Assembly: GCA_004295085.1 (NCBI GenBank)
Contig: SHNF01000006.1
Location: forward strand, 287,675-351,674
Reading direction: 5' to 3'
DNA from: Planctomycetota bacterium
GTDB lineage: Bacteria > Planctomycetota > UBA1135
Length of the DNA: 64,000 nucleotides
Positions 44,965 to 53,479 of this stretch are shown piece by piece (position 1 is the stretch's first letter; each line of letters opens with the position of its first letter). The position numbers and the translations under genes are program-made. The notes under the pieces were generated by a model. That model had not been told where the DNA came from. It ran no database searches and worked only from the letters and a program-made list of their open reading frames with translations.

Positions 44965-46551
44965 ATGGGTACGCTCGCGCACACGGAGACGCGCGCCGCG
45001 GAGCCGGCACAGCGCATGGACATCGAGATCTACGTTCCGGCCACCGGTGAACTGGAGCGCACCAAGGAAGCGACGGCGATCACCAGCCTGCCGGATGTGA
45101 TGGCGCGGGCGCGGGCGGCGCAGGCAGGCTGGGCGCAGCGCAGCCTCCGCGAGCGCGCGGCGGTGCTGCTGCGCGTCGCCGAAGTCCTCTACCGGAGCGC
45201 GGACGGGCTCGCGGAGGCGCTGCAGCGCTACAACGGCAAGAGCGCGGAGGAGGCGCTGCTGTCGGAGGTCTATCCGGCCGCCGCCAACTTCCGCTATTTC
45301 GCCAGGGCATCGGCCCGGCATCTGCGCCCGCGCCGCCTGCGCCTGGGCGCGCTGCCGCTGGCGTACTCGCGCGTGCGCTACGAGCCGCTGGGCGTGGTCG
45401 GCGTCATCGCGCCCTGGAACTACCCGTTCCTGCTCGCCACGCTGGACCTGCCGGCGGCGCTCATGGCCGGCAATGCCTGCGTGATCAAGGTCAGCGAGCA
45501 CGCCGCCGCCACGGGCGAGAGGATCGAGCAGGTGCTGGCCGAGGCGCGGATGCCGGCGCACCTGGTGCAGGTGATCTACGGATTCGGCGATCTCGGCGCC
45601 GCCCTGATCGAGTCCGGCATCGACAAGCTGTGCTTCATCGGCAGCTCGCGCGTGGGCCGGCTGGTGTACGCCGCCGCCGCGCAGCGCATGATCCCGGTCA
45701 CCCTCGAGCTCGGCGGCAAGGACGCGGCCCTGCTGCTCGAGGACGCCGACCTCGAGGACGCCGCCGACGGCATCCTGTGGGCGGGCCTCGCCAACTGCGG
45801 GCAGGCCTGCGCCAGCGTCGAGCTCGTGTACGTGCCGGATGCGCTGCGCGCGGACTTCATCGCCCGGCTGCAGCGCAAGCTGGCGGCGCTGCCCGAGGAG
45901 TCGCTGGGCGCCATGAACGTGCCGTTCCAGAAGCAGCTGGTCCTGGAGCAGCTGCGCGACGCCCGGGAGCGGGGCGCCCGCGTCGTCGCCGAGCGTGCGC
46001 GCCGCGGCGACCATCCCTTCCTGCTGCCGATCACCTTTCTCAGCGACGTGCCGGACGACGCGCTGCTGCTGCGCGAGGAAACCTTCGGGCCGGTGCTCGC
46101 GATCCAGGGATATCGCAGCCTGGAAGAGGCGCTGCGCCGCATCAACGCCAGCCCGTTCGGCCTCACCAGCAGCATCTGGACGGCGGACCGCCGCCGCGGC
46201 CAGGAGCTGGCGCACCGCCTGCAATCGGGCACGGTCACGATCAACGAGCACATGATCACGCCCGGCATGCCGGAAGCGCCCTGGGGCGGCTGGAAGGCCA
46301 GCGGGCTCGGCGTCTCGCACTCGGTGCTGTCCCTGCCCGCCTTCTGCCGCCTCCAGTACGTCTTCCACGACCGCGGGCTGCTGCGCTACAAGTTCTGGCG
46401 CTTCCCCTACAGCGCAGGCAAGGCGCGCTGGCTGCGCCGCTTCCTGGCCTCGCAGCTGGATCCGAGCCCGTGGCGGCGCTTCACCTCCCTGCTGGCCGCG
46501 GCGCCGCGGCTGCTGCTGCGGCGCAACCAGCCGCTCAGCGGTCCGGACTGA
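44965..46551 (+). CDS. NAD(P)-dependent aldehyde dehydrogenase family protein
   Basis: GVIAPWNYPF, VIKVSEH, the catalytic region ELGGKDAALLLEDADL...GLANCGQACASVELVYV, EETFGPVLAI and PFGLTSSIWT. The start could also be the ATG at 45016. Confidence 0.95.
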   Translation: MGTLAHTETRAAEPAQRMDIEIYVPATGELERTKEATAITSLPDVMARARAAQAGWAQRSLRERAAVLLRVAEVLYRSADGLAEALQRYNGKSAEEALLSEVYPAAANFRYFARASARHLRPRRLRLGALPLAYSRVRYEPLGVVGVIAPWNYPFLLATLDLPAALMAGNACVIKVSEHAAATGERIEQVLAEARMPAHLVQVIYGFGDLGAALIESGIDKLCFIGSSRVGRLVYAAAAQRMIPVTLELGGKDAALLLEDADLEDAADGILWAGLANCGQACASVELVYVPDALRADFIARLQRKLAALPEESLGAMNVPFQKQLVLEQLRDARERGARVVAERARRGDHPFLLPITFLSDVPDDALLLREETFGPVLAIQGYRSLEEALRRINASPFGLTSSIWTADRRRGQELAHRLQSGTVTINEHMITPGMPEAPWGGWKASGLGVSHSVLSLPAFCRLQYVFHDRGLLRYKFWRFPYSAGKARWLRRFLASQLDPSPWRRFTSLLAAAPRLLLRRNQPLSGPD

Positions 46552-47146
46552 GCCGCGCCACGGCCTGCGGCCGCGGGAAAGTGCGCAGCAGGCGGTCGCC
46601 CAGATGCGTGGTCACGCCGTACCAGGCGCGCTCGTTCTGGTAGTGGTGCAGCCGGTGGATGCGGCGGACGTTGCGGAACCAGCGCGTGCGCGGCCGGTAG
46701 GGGACATGGCACAGGAAGTGCGTCCATTCATAGACGACCCCGAGCGCACTGACGCCGGCAAGCAGCGTCAGGCGCAGCTCCCAGGCGGGGAGCAGCAGCG
46801 ACAGCGCGGCATAGGCGCCGAGCGCAGCCACGATGCCGCGCACCGGCAGGAAGGCCAGCTCCACGTCCGCGGGCTGGCGGTGATGGCGGCGGTGGCGGGC
46901 CCCGAACGCGGCGTACAGGCGCCGGCCCAGCCACGTCCGCGGCGTGGAGTGCAGCACGTACACGTGCACGCCCCACTCCATGAACGGCCAGTACAGCAGC
47001 ACCCCGGCGCTGACGGCAAGGTCTCCGCCGCTCCACTGGCCCAGGGCCAGGCGCGCGCCCAGCGTGACGGCGAGCGCCGACAGGACGATCTGGGGGCTCG
47101 CATGCGCGGCATACGCACGTGCGGCGGCGGCGAGCGAAAGGCTCAT
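46535..47146 (-). CDS. fatty acid hydroxylase superfamily membrane protein
   Basis: Histidine boxes HVYVLH, HRRHH, HRLHH within a hydrophobic protein. The start overlaps the stop of the upstream GntR gene (ATGA at 47143-47146). Confidence 0.8.
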   Translation of the reverse strand: MSLSLAAAARAYAAHASPQIVLSALAVTLGARLALGQWSGGDLAVSAGVLLYWPFMEWGVHVYVLHSTPRTWLGRRLYAAFGARHRRHHRQPADVELAFLPVRGIVAALGAYAALSLLLPAWELRLTLLAGVSALGVVYEWTHFLCHVPYRPRTRWFRNVRRIHRLHHYQNERAWYGVTTHLGDRLLRTFPRPQAVARLSPDR

Positions 47147-47901
47147 GGCTTCTCCGCCTTGCTGCTCCCCAGCCGTTCCAGGGCCGCCAGCATGCGCAGC
47201 AGCTTGCCGGTGCCCTTCTCGATGAGCGCGCAGGCGGCGGAGGCCGCGCCGGCGCCGTCGCCGCGCTCCACGGCCCGCGCGATCGCGCGGTAGTCGTCGA
47301 GCGCGCGCAGCTCATCGGCCATCACGTTGACCAGGACGCCGCGGATCGGGTCGTAGGCGCGCCGCAGCGTGTTCAAGGCCAGCTGATAGGCGAGGTTGCA
47401 GGAGCCCCGCACCAGGATCTCGAAGAAGCGCAGCGCCAGGTCCTGCAGGGCCTCGAGGTCGTCGCCCGCGGCCTCCATCGCGCCGACCGCGTGCCGGAGG
47501 CCGGCGCGCTCCGCGGCGCCGGCGCGCTCCGCGCAGCGCCGCGCCATGTCCGGCACCAGCACCGCGCGCATCTCCAGCACGCCGCGCCCGGCCTCCACGT
47601 CGATGCCGCCGTCGGGGCGCAGCAACAGGTGCGCGAGCAGCTCCAGGCCGCCGCTCTGGCGGTAGTCGAGCACGCGCGTGACGCCGCCGTGGCGGATTTG
47701 GATCAGGCGCGCCTGCGCCAGGCGCTGCAGGGCCTCGCGCACGGCACCGCGGCTCACGCCCAGGATCTCGGTCAGCTCGCGTTCGGAAGGCAGGGGCGCG
47801 CCGGGCGCCATGTCGCCCTGCACGATGCCGCGGGTGAGTTGCTGGAACACTTCGTCGGCCAAGGACTTGCGATTGACAGGCTGGAGCGGCATGAGCGGCA
47901 T
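47143..47901 (-). CDS. GntR family transcriptional regulator with an FCD-type C-terminal domain
   Basis: Winged HTH LPSERELTEILGVSRGAVREALQRLAQARLIQIRHGGVTRV, followed by an all-helical ligand domain. Confidence 0.9.
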   Translation of the reverse strand: MPLMPLQPVNRKSLADEVFQQLTRGIVQGDMAPGAPLPSERELTEILGVSRGAVREALQRLAQARLIQIRHGGVTRVLDYRQSGGLELLAHLLLRPDGGIDVEAGRGVLEMRAVLVPDMARRCAERAGAAERAGLRHAVGAMEAAGDDLEALQDLALRFFEILVRGSCNLAYQLALNTLRRAYDPIRGVLVNVMADELRALDDYRAIARAVERGDGAGAASAACALIEKGTGKLLRMLAALERLGSSKAEKP

Positions 47902-48051
47902 GCAAGGAGCATCTTGACACCGGCCACAGAACTGGTCAACTGATCTTACCAGTCGGCCGGCCTTTCTCCCCCCGGGAGAGTGTTTGCGGTTGGGACCTCT
48001 TCACCCGTCCCGCGGCGAGGAGCCGGCCGGCTTGGTCTAGTCTGCAGCCCG

Positions 48052-48870
48052 ATGGACGACTGCGTCCTCCTGTACGCCGTGCCGGCCTTCCTCCTGCTGC
48101 TGGCGGTGGAGGTCTGGTACGACCGCAGGCTCGGGACCTTGCACTACGAGCCCAAGGACACCGCCGCGAGCCTGGGCTTGGGCGTCGGCAGCCTCGTCGC
48201 CATGTCGCTGTCCAAGCTGGCCTCGCTGCCCCTCTACCTGTGGGTGTACGAGCACCGGCTGTTCGAGGTGCCGCTGGCCTGGTGGTCGCTGGCGCTGCTC
48301 ATCCTCGCCGACGATCACGCCTACTACTGGTATCACCGCGCGATGCACGAGGTCCCGGTGCTGTGGGCCGCGCACGTGCCGCATCACTCCTCCCAGCGCT
48401 TCCATCTCGCCACCGCCTTGCGCCAGCCTTGGCTCACCGGCTGGTTCCACTGGCTGTTCTGGCTGCCGCTGCCCTGGCTCGGCTTCCACCCTGCCTGGGT
48501 TTACTTCGCGCAGGCGGTGAACCTCATCTACCAGTTCTGGATCCACACGCCCTTCATCCGGAAGCTCGGCCCGATCGAGTGGGTGTTCAACACACCGTCG
48601 CACCATCGCGTGCACCACGGATCCAATCCGCAGTATCTCGATCGCAATCACGGCGGCATCCTGATCGTCTGGGACCGCATGTTCGGCACCTTCACGCCCG
48701 AAACCGAGACCGTGTGCTACGGCATCACCAAGCCGGTGCACACGCACAACCCGCTGCGGCTGGTCACGGATGAGTACCGCGACCTGTTCCGAACGGCTAC
48801 GCATTCGCGCTCGCTCGGCGACGCTGTTGGCGTGTTCTTGCGGCCTCGGAGGCGCAAGGTTTCCGTGTGA
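48052..48870 (+). CDS. sterol desaturase / alkylglycerol-monooxygenase-like fatty acid hydroxylase family membrane protein
   Basis: ATG at 48052. Histidine boxes HAYYWYHRAMHE, AAHVPHHSS, HHRVHHGSN and WDRMFGTF. Confidence 0.85.
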   Translation: MDDCVLLYAVPAFLLLLAVEVWYDRRLGTLHYEPKDTAASLGLGVGSLVAMSLSKLASLPLYLWVYEHRLFEVPLAWWSLALLILADDHAYYWYHRAMHEVPVLWAAHVPHHSSQRFHLATALRQPWLTGWFHWLFWLPLPWLGFHPAWVYFAQAVNLIYQFWIHTPFIRKLGPIEWVFNTPSHHRVHHGSNPQYLDRNHGGILIVWDRMFGTFTPETETVCYGITKPVHTHNPLRLVTDEYRDLFRTATHSRSLGDAVGVFLRPRRRKVSV

Positions 48871-48912
48871 CGGCGCAACGAGGACCGGCTAGCCTCAGCG
48901 TCTCGCGTTCCG

Positions 48913-49371
48913 GTGAACGCGTGCAGGTCCAAAGGAGTCCCGAGGAAGCACCTAACTCTGGTCGTGCCAGGAGTCGCCACTTTCGGCCTGCTGGCCGTCG
49001 TCGTCATGTCCTTCCTGACGCCATTCGCTGGAACGGCAGCTCCGCCAGTTGCCGCTCAGGAGGGCGTGCGCAGCGGGCTTTTCACGCTCACCGGTGGCCA
49101 GGACACAGTGCTGACCGTGCCCGGCGGCTTCCGCTACGTCCTGCTCGAAACCTGGCGTGCTGAGGACCCGAGCTTTGCGCCGAATCCCTACGTGCGCCGC
49201 ACGAACGGCGCCGTGGAGCAGATCATCGCCATCTTCGACCCCGGAGCTCCGCTTTCCGGCATCCCCAACTTCGAATTCCGCTCCGGCTTCGCGCTTGAGG
49301 AAGGAGAATCCTTGCTGGCGGAAGGGCTCGCCGGCTACCGGGTTGGGGTCAGCGGTGTTCTGGAGCGGTGA
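48913..49371 (+). CDS. hypothetical protein with an N-terminal TM/signal segment
   Basis: Listed ORF with a GTG start. Hydrophobic VVPGVATFGLLAVVVMSFLTPFAG, then a protein-like domain. No family recognised. Confidence 0.45.
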   Translation: MNACRSKGVPRKHLTLVVPGVATFGLLAVVVMSFLTPFAGTAAPPVAAQEGVRSGLFTLTGGQDTVLTVPGGFRYVLLETWRAEDPSFAPNPYVRRTNGAVEQIIAIFDPGAPLSGIPNFEFRSGFALEEGESLLAEGLAGYRVGVSGVLER

Positions 49372-50221
49372 AGAAGTCCAGCAAATAGCGGTTCACCTCG
49401 TCGGGTGCGTCCCAGTGCACCCAGTGGCTGGCGTCGGGCAGGCGCTGGACACGCAGGTCGGGGATCCAGCGTTCCATGTTCTCGGTCAACTCGAGGCCGA
49501 GATAGCGGTCCTGTTCGCCCCAGATCAGGAGCGCCGGAACGCCTACGTGGGATGAGCCCTTCGGCCGGCGCCGGAACATGCCCCGCACGGCCGCGCGATA
49601 GTAGTTGAGGGATGCAGTGAGCGCCCCGGGCTGAGCGAGGGCCTCCACGTACAGGCGGATGTCCTCGTCGGTGAATGCGTGCGGGCGCACCGGGTCCCTG
49701 CGCAGGAGCCGCCGCAGGCGCGCGAAGCCCCGCCAGCGGATGGCAGCCTCGGGCAGCCAGGGGAGCTGGAAGAAGAAGATGTACCAGGAGCGGCGCAACT
49801 GCCGCAGCCTGCGCAGCTCGCGCGCCATGGCCGCCGGGTGTGGTGAATTCAGGACCGCCAGGCGCGCGACGCGCTCCGGATGCGCGGCGGCCAGGGCCCA
49901 GGCCACCGCGCCGCCCCAGTCATGGCCGGCGAGCCGGGCCTGGCCGGCGCCAAAGTGCTCGATCAGGCCGAGCCCGTCGTTGACCAGGGCTTCGATACGG
50001 TAGCTGCGGGCTCCCTTCGGCTTTTCGGACAGGTTGTAGCCGCGCAGGTCCGGAGCGACCACGTGGAAGCCCGATTGCGCCAGCGCCGGGATTTGGAGCT
50101 TCCGGGAGTACCAGAAGTCCGGGAAGCCGTGCAGGAGCAGCAGTAGCGGGCCGTCGCCGGCCTCCACCCAGTGCAGGCGCAGGCCGTTGACCCGGCCCTC
50201 GCCGTGGCGCCATCCGCTCAC
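49349..50221 (-). CDS. alpha/beta hydrolase (epoxide-hydrolase-like)
   Basis: LLLLHGFPDFWY, the nucleophile elbow LAGHDWGGAVAW, and the C-terminal HWVHWDAPDEV. Confidence 0.9.
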   Translation of the reverse strand: MSGWRHGEGRVNGLRLHWVEAGDGPLLLLLHGFPDFWYSRKLQIPALAQSGFHVVAPDLRGYNLSEKPKGARSYRIEALVNDGLGLIEHFGAGQARLAGHDWGGAVAWALAAAHPERVARLAVLNSPHPAAMARELRRLRQLRRSWYIFFFQLPWLPEAAIRWRGFARLRRLLRRDPVRPHAFTDEDIRLYVEALAQPGALTASLNYYRAAVRGMFRRRPKGSSHVGVPALLIWGEQDRYLGLELTENMERWIPDLRVQRLPDASHWVHWDAPDEVNRYLLDFFTAPEHR

Positions 50222-50239
50222 GCGCCGGCCTGCAGCCGG

Positions 50240-50479
50240 CTACTGCTCGATCTTGAATTCGTCGCCGCAGGAGCGCGCGCCGGAGCAGCCGCTCTTGGTT
50301 TCCGTTGCAGCCGCGTCCTGGCTTTCGCCGGCGGCAGGCTGCACCGTGGCCTCGTTCTGGTCGCTGTGGCTGGTCGTGGCCGCCGGTTCCTCCGCATCGC
50401 AGTCTCCGCAGGGCCAGCAGGAGATCAGGCAAGGGCTCGCAAGCAGCAGGCCGAGGGTCAACAGGCGGCGGGTTTTCAT
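50240..50479 (-). CDS. small Cys-rich secreted or lipoprotein-like peptide (79 aa)
   Basis: ATG at 50479. MKTRRLLTLGLLLASPCLISCWPCGDCDAEEP..., an acidic low-complexity middle, and the C-terminal SGCSGARSCGDEFKIEQ. Coding status is uncertain. Confidence 0.4.
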   Translation of the reverse strand: MKTRRLLTLGLLLASPCLISCWPCGDCDAEEPAATTSHSDQNEATVQPAAGESQDAAATETKSGCSGARSCGDEFKIEQ

Positions 50480-50558
50480 GGCGATGGCTCCAGGGCTCCA
50501 GCGAACGCGGGATGTTTGCCCAGACAGTGTAGCGGCGGCGGGCACAATCTGCGGCCTC

Positions 50559-51308
50559 ATGCCGGCGGATCACTGGCCAGACCTGCGCCATCCACGCACC
50601 GGCTTCCAGGCCGGGGACTCGCCCTGGTTCCAGTGGAGCAGCGAGCGCATGGTCGAGCTGACGGCGCTGGACGCCCTTTCGCTTCGTGTCCCGGCAGCTC
50701 CCGCCGCCGCCCGCGCGCGTGCTGGAGGTCGGCAGCGGCGGCGGCTGGCTGGCTCTCGAGCTGGCCCGCTGCGGCTACGACGTGCTCGGAGTGGAGCCCG
50801 AAGCGGAGGCCGTGGCGCTGGCGCGGTGCGTGGCGGCGGGCGAGCCGCGCCGGCCCGCCTACCTGTGCGCAGCGATCGAGGACCGGCCGCCGGAGCCGCT
50901 GGACGCCGCCGTCTTCCACTTGTCCCTGCACCACGTGCGCGACCTGGCCGGCACACTGCGCAAGCTCGCGGGCGCGCTGCGGCCGGGAGGGCGCCTGGTG
51001 TGCGTGGAGTGCCCCAGCCTTCCGCGCCTACGCCCGCCGTCCTGGCCGAATCCTGGATGGCGCAATTCCGCGAGCACGAGCTGCACGGGCACGAAGCGAT
51101 GACGGCGGGCCTGCACCAGTTCTTCGCGCAGCGGCACTTCTCCTGGGCGCCGTACCTGTTCGTGAGCGCCGGCAACCGTCTCCCGGACGTGGACGGCGCC
51201 GCGCGCGCACGCCGGCTCACGCAGCTCAGGGAGACCGAGGCCGATGCCATCGCCTCCGGCCGCATCCAGGCCGTGCAGTTCCGCTACGCCGGCGTGCCGG
51301 TGGATTGA
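50559..51308 (+). pseudogene. class I SAM-dependent methyltransferase split over two reading frames (two frame changes): pseudogene or assembly errors
   Basis: Frame 0 reads MPADHWPDLRHPRTGFQAGDSPWFQWSSERMVELTALDAL (50559-~50680). Frame 1 reads ...ARVLEVGSGGGWLALELARCGYDVLGVEPE...LRPGGRLVCVE (50686-~51020; motif I and post-I). Frame 0 resumes with AVLAESWMAQFREHELHGHEAMTAGLHQFF...AVQFRYAGVPVD (to 51308). Both junctions lie at short C/T runs. Confidence 0.5.
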
Positions 51309-51325
51309 CGCTACGCTGGCGCGCG

Positions 51326-51817
51326 ATGCGTCCCGTTCTGCTGCTCCTCGTCGTGCTGCTTTCCGCCTGCGCCTCGCGCTCCAGCGACGTGAGCCTCGAG
51401 CCCGCCGGCTCCGAGCTGGCCGCCCTGACCTGGCTGTCGGGCTCCTGGGCCGGAGAGGCCGGCGGCATCCTGACCGAGGAACACTGGACCGCGCCGATGG
51501 GGGGCTCGATGCTGGGCATGGCGCGCAGCTCGCAGGGCGGGCGCCAGGTCTTCTTCGAGTACGCGCGCATCGAGGCGCGCTCCGGCAACATCTACTACCT
51601 CGCCAGCCCGCTCGGGCGCGAGCCGGTGCCCTTCCGGCTGGCCGAGAGCGAGCCGCAGCGGGCCGTGTTCGAGAATCCGGAGCACGACTTCCCCCAGCGC
51701 GTTCTGTACTGGCGCGAAGCCGACGGCAGCCTGCGCGCGCGCATCGAGGGCGTGGAGAACGGACAGGCGCGGCAGGAGGACTGGCACTACGTCCCCGCGC
51801 GCCTGTTCCGCCGGTAG
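51326..51817 (+). CDS. lipoprotein, DUF6265-like
   Basis: ATG at 51326 within listed ORF 50171..51817. Lipobox VLLSAC. WLSGSWAGE, EEHWTAP, FFEYARIE, FENPEHDFPQRVLYWRE match my memory of that family. Confidence 0.65.
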   Translation: MRPVLLLLVVLLSACASRSSDVSLEPAGSELAALTWLSGSWAGEAGGILTEEHWTAPMGGSMLGMARSSQGGRQVFFEYARIEARSGNIYYLASPLGREPVPFRLAESEPQRAVFENPEHDFPQRVLYWREADGSLRARIEGVENGQARQEDWHYVPARLFRR

Positions 51818-51858
51818 TGAGCGGGCGGCGCGAACGGTTCGCTCTGCCGCTGGCCGTG

Positions 51859-53427
51859 ATGCCGCCGGATACATTGGACCGGATGTCCACGGGCACCCCC
51901 CAGGCATTCACGATCTCTGTCGTCACAGTCCTCCTTGCTGGTGTCGCCTCAGCGGCGCAGCGCCGCGCGGGCGACGTCAACGGCGACGGTTACGACGAAC
52001 TGATCATCGCGGTTCCCTACGAGGACCTGGGTTTCTTCCAGGCGGGGGCCGTCCATGCCCTGTTCGGCTCCGCGACCGGCCTCGGCACCGCCGGTGGCGG
52101 CTTCGGCAGCCAGGACACGCCCGGACTCCCCGATCAGGGAGAGAGCGATGACACTTTCGGGGACGCGCTCGCGGTGGGGGACCTCAACGGGGACGGCTAC
52201 GGCGACCTCGCCGTGGGGGTGCCGTTCGAAGACCTGAGCCATGCCGATGACGGAGCCGTGCACGTCTTCTACGGCTCCGCGGCCGGCTTCACATTGTCCG
52301 GCAATCAATTCTGGAGCCAGGACAGTCCGGGTGTGCCGGGTGTCGCCGCCGGCGGCGCCTTCGGCGGAGGGCTCGCGGCCGGCGACTTCAACGGCGACGG
52401 CTTCGGTGATCTGGTGATCGGCGCGCCTTACGAGACGGTCGCGGGCTTTCCATCCGCGGGCAGCATCACGGTGCTGTACGGCTCTGCTGCGGGTCTCGGC
52501 ACGGTGGGTGCCACTAGCTTCAATCTGCAGGAGCTGACCGGCATCCTGGATTCCTACTTCTACCTGGGAGAGATTCTCGAAGCCGGAGATTTCGACGGCG
52601 ACGGGCGCGATGACCTCGCGGTGGGAGTGCCGAATGCCGATGTCGGCGCAACCGGATTCACCGCCGGCGAGATCGCGGTCCTGATGAGCGGCTCCGGCGG
52701 GCTCACGCTGGCGTCGGTGCAGATCTGGCACCAGGACAGTCCCGGCATGGCCGACGTGGCCGAGAGCTCGGACTTCTTCGGCAACGCTCTGGCCGCAGGC
52801 GACTTCGACGGCGACGGGGACGACGATCTCGCAGTGGGCGTGCAGTGGGAGGACCTGAACTATCCCATCCTGTATGCGGGAGCCGTGAACATGCTGTACG
52901 GCGGCCCGGGCGGCCTGGTCGCGAGCGCGCAGTTCTGGCACCAGGACATCGGCTCCATCCAGGAGACGGCTGAGGCATACGATCGTTTCGGCACCAGCCT
53001 GGGTGCCGGAGACTTCGATGGCGATGGCCGGGACGATCTTGCCGTGGGAGTCCCGGAGGAGAGCTTCAGCGGCAAGCGCGCCGCCGGAATCGTGCAGGTG
53101 CTCTACGGTGGCTTGGGCGGACTTTCGGACGCTGGAAATCAGCTCTGGAGCCAGGACCGCCCCGGCATTCTGGAGCAGGCCGAGGACCGTGACCGCTTCG
53201 GCTCGACCCTGCTTGCCGGCGATTTCAACGGCGACGGCTGGGAGGATCTCGTGGTGGCCGCGCCGCAGGAGAATCTGAGCGGCGCCACCGGCGCCGGGCT
53301 CGTGCATGTGCTCTACGGCGGCGCCATCGGACTTTCATCGCTCGGTAACCAGCTTTGGAGCCAGGCCAGCCCGGGCGTCCCGGACACGCCGGAAGCTCTC
53401 GACGGTTTCGGCGCCGCGCTGGATTGA
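51859..53427 (+). CDS. secreted FG-GAP repeat protein
   Basis: ATG at 51859 (or 51883, MSTGTPQAFTISVVTVLLAGVASAAQ). About seven units of the type FG.ALA.GDFNGDGYGDLAVGVP.E....GAV.VLYGS.GL. Confidence 0.9.
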   Translation: MPPDTLDRMSTGTPQAFTISVVTVLLAGVASAAQRRAGDVNGDGYDELIIAVPYEDLGFFQAGAVHALFGSATGLGTAGGGFGSQDTPGLPDQGESDDTFGDALAVGDLNGDGYGDLAVGVPFEDLSHADDGAVHVFYGSAAGFTLSGNQFWSQDSPGVPGVAAGGAFGGGLAAGDFNGDGFGDLVIGAPYETVAGFPSAGSITVLYGSAAGLGTVGATSFNLQELTGILDSYFYLGEILEAGDFDGDGRDDLAVGVPNADVGATGFTAGEIAVLMSGSGGLTLASVQIWHQDSPGMADVAESSDFFGNALAAGDFDGDGDDDLAVGVQWEDLNYPILYAGAVNMLYGGPGGLVASAQFWHQDIGSIQETAEAYDRFGTSLGAGDFDGDGRDDLAVGVPEESFSGKRAAGIVQVLYGGLGGLSDAGNQLWSQDRPGILEQAEDRDRFGSTLLAGDFNGDGWEDLVVAAPQENLSGATGAGLVHVLYGGAIGLSSLGNQLWSQASPGVPDTPEALDGFGAALD

Positions 53428-53479
53428 CGGGGTCAGATGCAACCATTCCGGCGGCTCGGATGGTTGCATCCGACCGCAT

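Noticed and set aside
42774-45023. 749-aa minus-strand ORF opposite the BNR-like gene
   Set aside because: Its composition is less extreme than other spurious ORFs because the region has lower GC, but it is still R/G/E/D-rich with no signal or motifs. The plus-strand frame has a Shine-Dalgarno sequence, a signal peptide and an Asp-box.
50171-51325. First 385 codons of ORF 50171..51817
   Set aside because: Only the last 163 codons (from the ATG at 51326) encode a plausible lipoprotein. The upstream part is off-frame relative to the alpha/beta hydrolase, the Cys-rich peptide and the methyltransferase remnants.
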